Both the position numbers and the translations under genes were made by a program. This document shows positions 26,181-38,983 of a stretch of 64,000 bases of DNA, piece by piece. The notes beneath the pieces were generated by a model that worked only from the letters and a program-made list of their open reading frames with translations, was not told the origin of the DNA and did no database searches. Positions within the stretch are counted from its first letter, which is position 1. Each line of letters opens with the position of its first letter. This DNA comes from the human T2T-CHM13v2.0 reference genome, Homo sapiens: assembly GCF_009914755.1 (NCBI RefSeq), contig NC_060936.1; one strand, 5' to 3'.

Positions 26181-28959
26181 ATTCATGTTTTTAAAATACA
26201 AAATAATTTAAAAATAGAATTCCAGAACACAATAGAAATGTGAGGTTTTTGAGAATACTATACAAAAAATCAGTTGTTCACAGCGGAAAAATGCATCATA
26301 TGTGAATGTAGGTAGAATCATTTTTTCTAGTGTTGACCTTCAAGGTGGATGTCCCATCAGTGTACCTGATGTGATGTGTGAGGTCATCTAGGATGCAAAC
26401 TTTTGCTATTCTTGAAGAAACATTAAAATTCTTGTCAGGGAACCAGTATCCAACTCCCATCAGGAAAAGCTACCTAGCCTCTGTCCCCAAAGCATTGTTC
26501 TTCATAGAAAAGCTCAACTCTAAAAGTCTTTACAAAGACTCATCTTTGGCAAAAATAAACTTGTAGGTTGTGAATGTTTTTAGCCAAATATAGCAATTTA
26601 TTAAAAACAAATTAGTGTGTGCAAGCAGTCACAAACTAATATTCTGAATGTTCTATATTTATGACTATTAGAATATGCTAGAAATTTTATTTTGTAATGC
26701 TGTTTGAATGTAGGGCTTTTAAATAATTAGACTTAATATTTGAAGAGTAATGAGATCTGCAAAGGAATAGCAAGATCTGACTAATTTCCTCTATAAAGTA
26801 ATATTAAGACATGAAAATGTATGAACTGAAATGTGAGCATTCTATTTACACTGCTAGCTGCAGCATCACATGAATCATTTTCATTTTAAAGTGTGAAGAA
26901 TCCCTTGCCTTCCACTGAAATAGCAAGTAGAGGAGATGAACTATTATTGCAGTACTAGCATAGAGTGATGCACCTTTTTTATTACAGAATCAGGGAATAA
27001 TCCTCTGAGATTCTTTTTTGAAATAGAATGGAGTGAGTTTTTATTGATTCGTTATTTCATTTGAGACATGATTTTGCCCTCTTACTCTCTTGTAGTATGA
27101 ATGTTCAATAAATAATACATTCTCTCTTCTACATGTTGCCACCTAAGAAATTGTTTGGCTCAAAAATAAGCCAGGTGCTTCCACAGCACACTGTTTGGCT
27201 TCTCTGTTGTTTTGCATAACAGCTGTAAGGATTGGTCTTCCTAATTGTTTTATGTGATGTGAATTCAGGTTGTAATATCAACAATGGTATGTGGTTCCCA
27301 GCTGATTGCCTGTTACCCTGTTGCCATGTTATGGACATCTGTGCCTCATTTTGTCCCTAGTTGATGATGGTGTCTGACCTCTGCCTTTTTTGTGTGCTTA
27401 GCAACTAATTGATCAAATCCACCTGTGAACGGTGATCAGTAGTCAGGCCGGTGAGGCTGACAACAGCTAAATGCAATAGCAACACTGCAAGTTAGATGCT
27501 CAGTTCATGGACAGATGCAGCAGGGAGTATGGTTGTGACACAGTCCTTATTTTCATAATCAGGAAGACAAATGACAAGAAAAAAGTCTTTCCAGACAGGG
27601 TTTATTTATAGCTTTCATCACTGGTTCTTTTGGTTTTAATTAGAAATACTAGCAACATCACTTTTAGATTATTCTAGTGGGCCTAATAAGGCAGTGTGCA
27701 CAATTTTAAAATGGCACATAATAGGATTTCCGTGGGTATTTAATTAAACTCAGGATTAAATCAGAAAGCATCTTTGCTTATTTCCTGAAGCTCATTCCTC
27801 TCTTAAACTGCTGTCCTCTATAGTGGAACTGCCTGGATAGAAATAAATTGAAATGAGAAGTGTCACTACTTTCTCCTGTTGGCTCTCACAGTCCCCCCAT
27901 ATCAAGCCTGCCTTCAGGTAAAGAGTGTTGATTATGGAGAAGAGGTTGTGATTGGCATTACACTGACTGCATCAAGCTAGAGGTTATATTTTTGTTGTCA
28001 GCTAACAACATTTTGGAGAGAACATATTCATTTATATTCTTTGTATCACACTTGGTCTTTCCTTACCAACAACACCATTTACTATACTCTGTACTTGATC
28101 CCTAACACACATTGGCCCAAGCCAGAAGAATGTGATTGAGTATGTGTGAATGTAAGTGAATGATATATGAATGAAAGTGAACGTACATTCTTTTAATGAC
28201 ACATTTGTAATGAGGGGCCTGACAGTCTACTTATCACAGATTACCCTTTGTTTCCCAACAGGTAGCCACGGTTGGATTCAGGTAGTAGCTTTAGATAAAA
28301 GCTCATTTTACTCTATATTTCATGTCTCAAAATTAACATAAGGCTTAAAGGGGCATGGCATTATATCTTTTGAAAAAATATTTATTTCAACCCCCAAATA
28401 GCACTTTTGAATGAAACATATATTTTGAAACTACATAGTGAATTGCAGATAATTCTCAGTAGGTTTTAAATAAACAAATACCTTAGATCATGACTGCCTC
28501 AACATTTGAATTTTTTTTTTGATTGCTCAAAGGAGGTATAAACAGATCCTAAAACATGCAGACACTGCTAATGTGAAGCAGAGAGGGCAGAAGGAAAATA
28601 TACATCCATGTATAAAGGAAGAAGTATTTCATAAGTATCTATATTTCCTATGTTCCTTAGCACAATTCAAAGCTCTGCACATCTTTCCAAATTGTGAACA
28701 TATAAAGAGGTATAAAGATAATCGAAATAGAAAATTTTAATAAAAAGTCTCCAATGCCAAGGCAATAAGTATTATAATAATGAGCCATATTCTTTATTAA
28801 ATTATAATTTTTATTTAGCCTTTAATAGCCTCTTGGTCCTGCTTTGGATTTCATAATTTTGTTTGATAGCATTCACATTTTTTTCTAATGTAAAGTAAGT
28901 ATTCATATGGAAAACATCAGAAAATATGTAAAGTAAAAAAGTAATAAAATGCATTTGTA

Positions 28960-29128
28960 ATGAAATATGATAGGATTTGATTAAAAATAGTTTCTAATGG
29001 GAGAGGAGGTGGGGTCTAGATGAAACTATATTGACTGTGATAAGGATTGAAACTGGGTGAACAGAGATTCATTATGCTGTTCTCTTTACTTCTATATACT
29101 TCTGAAATTTTCTGTTAGAAAAAGGAAA
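28960..29128 (+). mobile_element. Old L1M 3' end fragment
   Basis: gaaactgggtga...ttcattatgctgttctctttacttc...gaaattttc. Confidence 0.55.
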
Positions 29129-29712
29129 AAAAACACTTGTCATACTTCTCCGAGACAACTAATTCTTCTCTACATATACATATGCAGAGAAATACACTTA
29201 CACAAACCTACATTTTTAAATTTAAAGACAGTTGAGCTATCCCACAGTTGTTAAATAGAGACCTAAGTTGCTCTTCTAAAATGCCCTGGATAGGCTCATG
29301 TACAGAGCGTCCATTGGAGATTATTGACTCTTTATTAGATGTTTAGGTTTGGTGAATAAAAAAGGTACTGTGTACTCAATTATTGGGTTTCAAAACACAA
29401 CTGATCTGTATACTGATGCTAAACTATGACAAACATTTAGGATACACTTGTTTTTTGTGCTGTGTTTAGACACAGCTTGAGTATCTTCTATAGGAAGAGA
29501 TGTGGGGGAAAACTAGAAAAGATATAAGAAGCTATCTCATTCTCATATGTACTTCGTACTATTTATTCTCCTTTCATTTATCCTCCCCTCCGTATTCTCC
29601 CTGACAGTAGAAATGGAGAGAAAACTGAACAGAACTTAGAGTGGTTTCATTCAGAGAATGAGGCAAAAGAACTGGACTGCCTTTTGCTTCTCTTTTCCCT
29701 AGCCTCCTCTCC

Positions 29713-29763
29713 ATAAGCTCAAGCATATGTCAATTTGAGATAAGCTCAAGCATATGTCAATTT
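29713..29763. repeat. 24-bp exact direct duplication with 3-nt spacer
   Basis: ataagctcaagcatatgtcaattt at 29713-29736 and 29740-29763. Confidence 0.95.
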
Positions 29764-32580
29764 CATATGTACATGTTTCTTTCCATTTCCCAGGCTGATA
29801 ACAAAATTTTTTTTTTTCTAAAAATAAAACTTCCAGGACAGATCCTTTGGTGACGTGGTTTAAGGGATCCTCCAGGTGCTAATAAACTTTCTAAAAGATA
29901 ATTCCTATACAGACATTTATTACAAATATCTAAAATTCTTTTAACTTAGGTCTTTGACAGAAATACACATGATTCCAACTTTGTAGGAATGAGTTTATTT
30001 CCTACAAGTGTGGGAGAAGCATTCTTGGTCAGTTGGCCCTTATCACTTCTACACTGACCTTCAGAAAACTAGAGGAAGATACAGGTTTAGGCATGGAAAA
30101 CAGCAATCACATTGATTATGCGAAATACATCTAGATTTATGAATCAATTGCCTGTGTAATTTTAAAGTATTTTTCTCAGTATAATCCATGTCCCTGAGTG
30201 CTGACCTCCTTTGCACAGTCATTCTTGATTATTTCTTCCAGGACAATAGAGAGATACAAAGTTCTCAACACTCATAGTATACTTTTCCACATAACTCTGC
30301 ATTCTCTTAATGCCCATTTATTTTAAACATTTATTCCCTGTTAACATTTGAGTGTTTTTTTAATTTTTCCTACCCTGTGATAATAATAAATCTTGATACA
30401 GCACCTGTAAAGCAGTTCTGAGCAAGACACACAAAAGAAGGGAATTATGATACTAAACAAAAACATTTTACTCTGCAAAAGTGTCAGTGAGTTCTGTTGT
30501 AGAAGCTTGGAGCAAACACATTTGTGCATGTTCTTAAACTCAGTGACCAATGTTGGTTCACTGATATAGGGGCAGGAACTTAGAATATCTTAATAGAATA
30601 TTTCAAAGTCTAACCTGGTTTTTAGAAAGCCAGGCATTTTAAAATTTAGGTTTATCGCAAATTATACTATCAAGTTAGTTGCCAGTTTGGTTTTGTTTGG
30701 ATAGAAATGTTAAATGATATCACTGGGCAGACATAGTATGTGACTAATGATATTTTCATTAATGCCTACTTTAAAACTTGTACTTAGTTGTCTACAACTA
30801 AGTGGTGTTTAGTTCTTAGTATTTTTATATTGTGTCATATTCTATACTGACTTTTGCTATAATTCCAGAAATATTTTTCCAATAGGATATATCTCAACAT
30901 TTATTAAAAATCTTAATGTTTCTTCCAATTGTTTGATGTTATCATTGTTTTGTCTAATTACATTTTAATTATCCACCTTAAAGCCTGTAAGAAATTAGTA
31001 AACCATTGTGCACTTTAAGTTTTTATTTGCTATATAATAAGTAAATTTCTGTTGAAAATTTTTACTGATTACTGGACTCATTTCTAAACTGTTAATAATT
31101 TAAAAAGTACTGCCAAACCAAAGTAAAACACTCATTAGCCAGCTCCTATTAGGTCCACAGACCTGGACTACTCTCAACATTAAGTTGGTAGCTTTCTAAA
31201 AATAAATGTTTGCTTGAAATTCTCATTGGAAAATAGGAATTCCTATTATTTCAAAGGAGTGGATTTTTAATCAAAGTCAGATTCTAAACCACCTTTGGAG
31301 GATTCTGTACTTCATTTCCATAGGTTAGATTTCTCAGACCTAGTTCCTTTAAAAATATTTCTTCTTTCTGAATTTGATTTTTCTTTACAAGGGGAAACAC
31401 ATTTCTTTCTAGTATTAAAGGTTATTCTGGAAACCAGAATGATAAAGGAATAAATATTTCTATTCCTCCAACATGGCCAAGAAAATGCCTTTATTTTCTA
31501 ATCTTTGTGTCAATAAGGTATTTTTTTGCTTTCATAGAAAGTGGAACATTCTCACTTACTGAGGAGTCACTTCTTTTTAACTTTCTCAGGCCAGGTCCTG
31601 GTAAGAGATCTTTTCTGGGATGCAAAAGGCATACTGTTTTTTCTTAAAATTGCCTTCAGTTTCCTTGGAAATGGAGGAATTTGTGGAGTATTTTAGTTAT
31701 TCCCTTTCTGGCTGTGGCAACAGAAGGGCAGATCCATTTAACTATTTATCTGCCCTCTCAACATATCTTCTAGTTATATTTGTTTTGTAGGCTTCAAACC
31801 TGTGAAGAGCCTTGACTGAGGGTTCTCATTTCTCCTTTACTTCTCCACCCTGTCCTCCACCCCATCTGCCTCTCTCCCCTGGTCTCTCCAAATCCTTGCT
31901 CTGTTTTCTCTTTCCACTTTTCTTTCCCTGCTCTCTCTGGCCATCTTGCATTTCCTCCATCTCCTTCCGCTCTACCTCTTTCTTTCCCCTCTGTACTAGA
32001 AAGTGCAATACCATGACAACAATGACTAGCAAAGTCAAAGCAAAACTGTAGATCATTAGATGCCATGGCCACTTAAACTTAACTGCAAAGAGCTGACAAA
32101 TGCTGAAACTACAAACATGAAAATGAAACTGCCAAGAGTCTACCTTACTTCTCTTACTGTAGCAATTTTCTTTTGTGGTTGTAATGTATTTATATATGCA
32201 CTAGGGAAAGAGGTTCAGTGGAAAAAGGAGTAGGGAAAATGTGAGATCCTAAGGCCTAGAAAGATGAGGCAAACTTCTTTTTTTGAGGAAGACTGTGAGA
32301 GCATCACAGCCATATTGAAGCTGGGACATTGCTGAGAGTAAGTACACATCCAGCCAGCATGACCCAAGAGAGATTGAGGATAGTGAGACAGAATATAAGG
32401 CCAAATCAGGATTCTAAACTGAGGCATGAAAACAGATTTATCCAAGAAAAACTAGGAAAGAGAAATGTGGTTAAACTTTCTGGAAGTTGGGGGTAGTGAG
32501 AGTAGAATGAACCCTAATCCAAAATAGGACAGGACAGTCACTGGAATACTCTTAGGGTGATGTCACATGGAGTAAGGATG

Positions 32581-33101
32581 AGTATCAGTTAAGGTACAGT
32601 CCAGGTTGCTGTTATAAGTAATCTTGCCCACCTCCCAAAGAGATAAGTGTTTTGGTTTGTGTGATTCATTCTTATGTTGTAGTCCAAAGACAGTCCAGGG
32701 CTGGTAGTGTATTACCACTCACATAGCCACCCAGGGACTCAGACTCACTCAGTCTCATTGGTATGTCCTTCTTAACATGCAGCTTTCATGTCATGGTCCA
32801 CAATGGCTGCTCTGGTTCCTCCTGTAGCATTTATACTCTAGCTAGTGGGAAGGGAAAGTTCAGGTGAGCATATATCCGTTTCATCTACAAGCAGTGGCAC
32901 AAATGAATTCCGCCTAGATCCCACTAATGAAAAATGTGTCATATGGTCATCCTTAGTTGCAAGGGACACTGGGAAGAGTCTCTAGCAAGACAGTTCTTTG
33001 TCTTTTTAATTTGCAACTTTTAATTTGGGGTATCCACAACTAAAGGAAGAAGGGAATGATGGATGGTGTATATTCATGAAAAAACCAGTGGTGTCTGTCA
33101 G
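32581..33101 (-). mobile_element. Old LTR (MLT1L-like)
   Basis: cacccagggactcagactc, caatggctgctctggttcc, gtcatatggtcatccttagttgcaagggacactggga. Confidence 0.55.
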
Positions 33102-35759
33102 AGATATCTGGTACACTAACCCAAAAAATGCACTGGATGAGCCCAAGCTTCTGGTTCTCATACTCATTAGGCCTGAGTAATGTTATTTACCACATGCTAA
33201 AATGCGGTCTCTCCATATGCACAGGAGGAAAAAATGATGTGCAGAATATGCAGCACAGTCTCTTCTAAAACTGTGAATAGTAAAGTATAAAAATACTCCG
33301 CTGTATCAAGAAGAAAAGATACGCAAGGCAGGATTTGTATGGGACATAAAATACTACTCACTGTTTTCTAAAGGCCTTCGCCCCTCCCCATCCTTTTACA
33401 AATTGTATTACGTAAAGGAATGACTCTACTGAGGGCTGGTTTTTCTTTGATCTCCCTCTCCAAAATATACCATTGGTTTCTCTAGTAGAAAATTTCTACA
33501 GTTTTATATGCTGGCTAGGTTTCTTATTCTCTACTTAATTTGGAATTTTTGATATTGGATAAATAGCATTTGCTTCTTTATTGGTGTTGGACTAGTGCTG
33601 AAAGGTTGGCTATAATAGGAAGTAAAATGTAGACCGCTGGGTTATAAATGGTAGCAAATCATGGCTTATGATTATCTGAAATCAAGGAAGGATGAGAACA
33701 TCTCTTAACAAGGGGAATGTGCTTCTCCACAGAGTATCTGTAGGTTGCAGCACACTAATCAAGGTAATGAAAGGCTTTGGCTAAGAAAGTGGCAAAAATT
33801 AGGAAGCAATGTATAAAATCTTAGAATATTAAAACTGTAAGGATTCTTAAAATTGTATAACCCTTTTATTGGAAAATTAATAAATTGAATTGAAACCATG
33901 ATGAGTCACATATAGAAGTTTTTAAAGCTTCTAATTCAAAACTTATGAAGTCCAAATTGTTTCTTTTGATATGTCATCAGATTTTTTTTTTTCAGTATTT
34001 ATTAGGTTTGCTTCAATAATGTTACCTAACCTGGCTTGATCACCTATTTTGTTGCTATTGCAATAAGAAACAGCCATGTGTTTGGGGAAAAGAAAGAAAA
34101 TTGTAATTTCCTTTTGAAATTATGTCATCTGAAAGTGGCATGTGCATTCTATTGGCTACAGCATCATCAAATGGCCAGATCTTGCAAAGAGGGAAACTGG
34201 GAACATAGTCTCCCATTTTGAGACCCTATGTGCAGCTGAAACCTTGAGGATAAATGGAGAATGGATCTTGGGTGAAAATTAGTAGTCTCTTCTATCAGGA
34301 GAGTTTAAACAGATGATATATAGGGTGAGGTCCTGAGCATGGGTAGAAAAGGTGAGAAAGGCTCTCTTCTCCCAAGAGAGAACTATGTATTATTGATAAC
34401 ACTTGAGCAAGGAGACTAGAAATCAATTTTTGTTTTTAATTTTGAAAAACTTTACTTAGTGTATTTACTTTTATGACTACCTAGATAAAATGATTGTCTA
34501 TTTAATGTTGCAATAAGAAACAGCCATGTGTTTCAAATCTTGCTTATGAGAGCCTGTATTCTCTAAATAACCAAGTTCATATACAAGACTAAATGTAAGA
34601 ACCTGATCAAATAATAGGTTTGATTAAATTACATAATAAGGCAATGCATGTTTGCAGGCATACATCATAGTATTATCCACATAATGTGTGCCATATCACC
34701 TGGGTTGTGACCTGGGTTATTGGAAATATTGTGTGTGTGTGTGTTTCCTTCTCTTCTGAGCATAGAAACTCCATTTAAGAACTATTACTGAAGATCGAAT
34801 TGATGTCAACCAGGAAACTAATTTCCTGTCACTTGGCCTTGAATTACTACATTGACTTTTCAGGAAATAAACAAATTTAGCTGAAAGATGCAAGCTTTTT
34901 TCTACTTATCATTAGTACCTAAGAATATAGATGCATTATACTGTTCAATCTCCATTACACATACAATTATTGTCTCAAAATGATATTCAACCTTCCTTGC
35001 ATCCCTTTATCTTGAAGTAATGAAGTCCAAACTTCATGCTGAAAACCAGTGTATGTTCTTTTAAATGTGGCTGCAGAGCCAATTTATCTGATAAAGGCAA
35101 ATAGCCTACCATTTGCAGGCTACAGAAATGAGGCAGAGCAGCCATGTTGCAAGGAACATAGTGTTTTCCCCTGCTGTTTTTATTTCTCCTGTGTATCACA
35201 AGTGGGAAAGATGGAATTTTGCAAGAACTTAGTTTATAAAGCACGATGCAAGGCAGTTTTAAAAAATACCTTTTATGAATACTTATTATACAAGAGAAAA
35301 GCTTGTTTTGTCTTATATTACAATTACAGTTTTCTGAAAACTCACCCACAAAATTATATTGCATTAGTGTTTACTTTCTGGTTGTCTGATTCTTCATGAT
35401 ACCAAAAAAAGGAATACATTTGTGTGGAGGGGCATTTATATGGCAACCAATGGCACTGAGACTTTGTTTGATTGTGTGCATCTGAATCAGGTGGCAATAA
35501 AGATTTTCTGGGGTTGACTTCATGGAGCCCAACACTTTAGCTGAGAGGGTGAGGTAGGAATTCAGCTTACGGGGTGGGTACTGGGGCAGAGCCTTATGCA
35601 TCTTTCTCTTCCTGATCCAAGAACAACCTCTGACACATAGGAGGCTCTGGGGAAAGTAATGTTATTAAAGAAAGGATCCCGAGAAATAAGCCATCTTCTC
35701 ATGGTGAGGGGCTTGAGATAAGTCTGTCGTCAGGTCAAGTATGTTCTGAGGCAGATTGA

Positions 35760-35960
35760 TGTGGTGGCTGTGTCTGTCAATAGGAGATCTGTGGGCAATT
35801 TTTATTGGTCCTGGATTGTACCAATGCATTGCAAGACATTTATCATCTCCCTACCCCAGTAAATGCCAGCAATACTCTCCAGTACAATGAAAAAGAGAGT
35901 CCTCCAGCACATTGCCAAATGCAACATGAAGAGATCTTATCCCTGTTGAAAACCACATGT
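35760..35960. mobile_element. hAT MITE remnant (MER20-like)
   Basis: tgcattgcaagacattta...taaatgccagca...cacattgccaaatg...gttgaaaaccac. Confidence 0.5.
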
Positions 35961-36882
35961 TATAGTCTAATGGTTGGTTGGTTGGTTGACTTATTTATTA
36001 AAAATAATTTTGCATTCTATAACTTTTCTTAACATTTATGGGGAGCTATTTTAGGTGTTAAGAAAAACAGAGTGAATAATAATGATTAACTTTCATGTAC
36101 TCAACATCTAGCTTTGCCATATTTTAACATTTTGCTTCAGAATTTTTTTAAAGATATAAAATAGTGCAATTCCTAAATGGAATACTGGAATTACTAAATG
36201 CTCCTGTTGTAACTCTTTTTTTATTTCCATGTTCTCATTCCAGAAAAGAACTGCAATCCTGATTTAGGATTTGTCATTTCTAACACATTTTTAATGCTTT
36301 TACCATATCTGTATTTTTATCCAAATGGTATTTATTACTGTTTTACATGTTTCTAAATTTTTAAGTGACATCATTCTCTATTCTTGTGCAACTTGTTTGA
36401 TGCATGATTATATTAAGATTTGTTGGTGTGGGTAGGTTGAAGTTTAATACATAAATTTTAAATATTATAAAACATTCCATTATACAGATACATGTCATAA
36501 TTTACTGATCTAGATACCTGATAATGAATATTTAGAATATTTCAAATGTTTTACCAATGCCAAAGAGGCTACAATGAACATTCTCATTCATGTCTTTTAG
36601 TGTATGTATTTCTCCCGAGAAATTCAATGGACACATGATAAGGTGTGTTGACATTAAATTTTACTGGATTTTGCCACATAACTCACTAAAAGTATTTGCA
36701 TCAGTTACATACTCACTGGCAATTTATGGAAGTTTTAGTATTAGCCCATGTTTGCCAACAGTTGATATTGGTAACATTTAAACTTTTTAAATACTCTTTT
36801 AGATGGGACTCTGCTAGTATCTTTTTTAAAAAAAAGATGTATAATTTGTCAATTACTACTTTTCATGTGCTTATTGGCCATC

Positions 36883-37256
36883 TGTATTAATCCTTTCTCA
36901 CACTGTTGTAAAGAAACACCTGAGACTGGGTAATTTTTGAAGAAAAGAGGTTTAATTGACTCACAGTTCTGCAGGCTTAACAGGAAGCATGGCTTGGGAG
37001 GCCTCAGGAAACTTACAGTCACGGCAGAAGGTGAAGGGGAAGCAAGTTCATTTTCACATTGTGGAGCAGCAGAGAGAGAAGTGCCACATACTTGTAGACC
37101 GTCAGGTCTCATGAGAACTTATCCACTATCAGGAGAATAGTGAGGGGGAAATGTGCCCCCATAATCCAATCACCTTCCACCAGGCCACTCCTCCAACATG
37201 TGGAGATTACGATTCAAGATAAAATGCGGATGGGGACACAGAGCCAAACTGTATCA
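36883..37256 (-). mobile_element. MSTA (MaLR) solo LTR
   Basis: tgtatt...gagactgggtaattt...ggcctcaggaaacttaca...gagccaaactgtatca; exact TSD ccatc (36878-36882 / 37257-37261). Confidence 0.9.
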
Positions 37257-37395
37257 CCATCCATATTTGTTCTTGTGTGAATTGCTTCATCATATATGTG
37301 TATATACTCCGCTTCTTTTTCTACTAGGTCACTTGTCTTCTTTGTTTTTAGTTACTTTGTAAGAATTCTATTTTTAGTGCGTACACACATATATA

Positions 37396-38983
37396 TGATG
37401 GCAGTGGCAGCCCGTCTAGAACGGCCACTGTGAAGACTTGGGCTGCAGCTGGGAAGGCGTGTCTGGGGCTGCGTGCCCCATGAGGAGGGGGATGGGGAGC
37501 AGGAGTGGGGGATCCATCCCCTTCTAAGTTGGCGGGTCAGGGTCTGTCTGCTCACCAGGCACAGATGCAGCTGCCCTGTTGCAGTTCCAGACCCAGGCAT
37601 CCTTGTACTCTCGGGCCAGGAAGCCCCTCTTCCCCCACAGTCTCAGAAGTGTCTGTCCCCGTGGACTGGCCTCTCCTCTCTCCCAGTGCCTGCTCTGATT
37701 TTGGAGCAAAGTTGAGGCTGAGCCCAGGCAGGCACTGTCGCAACCTGGCTGGGTGTATGCTTGCTCAGGGCAGTGCTGACACATCAGCCCCCTGCCTCCT
37801 CAGCCCCCTCCGGACTTTGGGCGCTGAGGAGCATGGTGGGGGGCACAGGGTGGGTGAGGGTGGCTTGACATGCGCTCCACTTGAACAGCCTGGGTGGATG
37901 CTGTGGATGACATGATTGATGGCAGCAGGAAGCAGACAGGCTCCTGGGCAGAAAGGGGTGAGTGAAGCCCCATCTTCAAGCCAGGGATGGCCTGAAGCAT
38001 GGGGCCCAGGCTGCCAGTTGCAGGTGGAATCTGTGCCAAGAGCGAGAACTTACGGTGCTTTTTAGGGCCCACCCATGGTTACCCATAGACCAATCAGCAT
38101 GCACCTCCTCCCTTCTGAAGCCCACAAAAACCCCTGGACTCAGCCAGACTCACAGAGACACTGGGACTACCAGCTGTGAGAAGGTGCTACCCACTTCAAG
38201 TTTTCTCAGCTCACCTGCATGACCTGCCTGTGGAAAGGAGCTACCCACTCTGGGTCTCCTCTCCGCTGAGAACTGGACTCTTGTCTGGATGACCTGCCTG
38301 CAGAAAGGAGCTACCCACTTTGGGTATCCTGAGAGCTGTTCTTTCTCTCAATGAAGCTCCTCTCTGCCTTGTTTCCCCTCCAGTTGTCTGCATGCTTCCT
38401 TCTTCCTTGAAATAGGACAAGAACTTGGGACCTGCCGAGTGGCAGGACTGAAAGCTGTAACACAAACAGGGTTGAAACATGCCCCCCTGCTCACCATGTT
38501 GCAGGCGAAGAGAAGGAGAGAAGAGCTGTAGCCCTTTGGGGATCCCAGAACTAGGGGCTCCCCAGGCCAGGCTGTGACACCCTCTTTGGGGTTCTGCGGT
38601 TCCTGGCATGTCCAAGCTTCCAGGTACCACTGTGTTCCCTGGCCCCCTCTGTGGAAACTGCTTTCTGAATGCCTGGTTCACCTGCAGCCTTGCATGGAGC
38701 CGAGCATCTTTGTGGGTGCCTGGAGCTGCCTGCCCTGCCATAGCCAGCAATCCTGGTTGTGTGCACTGTGGCCAGACCTTGTGCTCACTCACACACCCCT
38801 CACTGCTGCACTTCTGGCTCGCCCTTGGCAGGCATGGGATCCGACCAGTAGTAGGAGCCCATCCCAGCCTGCTGGGCCAAGTGAGTAGAAGGAGCCCATA
38901 GGCCCAAGTAAAACTCAGGGAAAGGCAATACCAGCAACAGAGGTTTCCGCGTGGTAAAGCGACACCCTAAGGATCCTGTGACA
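37396..38983 (+). mobile_element. MER52 (ERV1) solo LTR, GC-rich, about 1.6 kb
   Basis: Starts tgatggcagtggcagcccgtct, ends ggatcctgtgaca; internal ggagctacccact repeats; CCAAT at 38090; 4-bp TSD tata / cata. Confidence 0.85.

Noticed and set aside
28240-28267. cag|gtagcc as a recursive splice site
   Set aside because: The acceptor is good but the regenerated donor is a poor match to GTRAG
31826-32056. CT-rich tract with ORFs on both strands
   Set aside because: Low-complexity polypyrimidine sequence without clear mirror symmetry or coding evidence
34987-35399. Opposing 125-aa and 116-aa ORFs
   Set aside because: Composition typical of random AT-rich DNA, no recognisable domain or exon structure
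38180-38335. Repeated gctacccact units resembling a spacer array
   Set aside because: Internal tandem repeats of the MER52 LTR; eukaryotic context, no cas genes
37352-38901. Cluster of overlapping ORFs (up to 183 aa) and possible CpG island
   Set aside because: All lie within or overlap the GC-rich MER52 LTR, where stops are rare; CpGs are largely decayed and no protein family is recognisable
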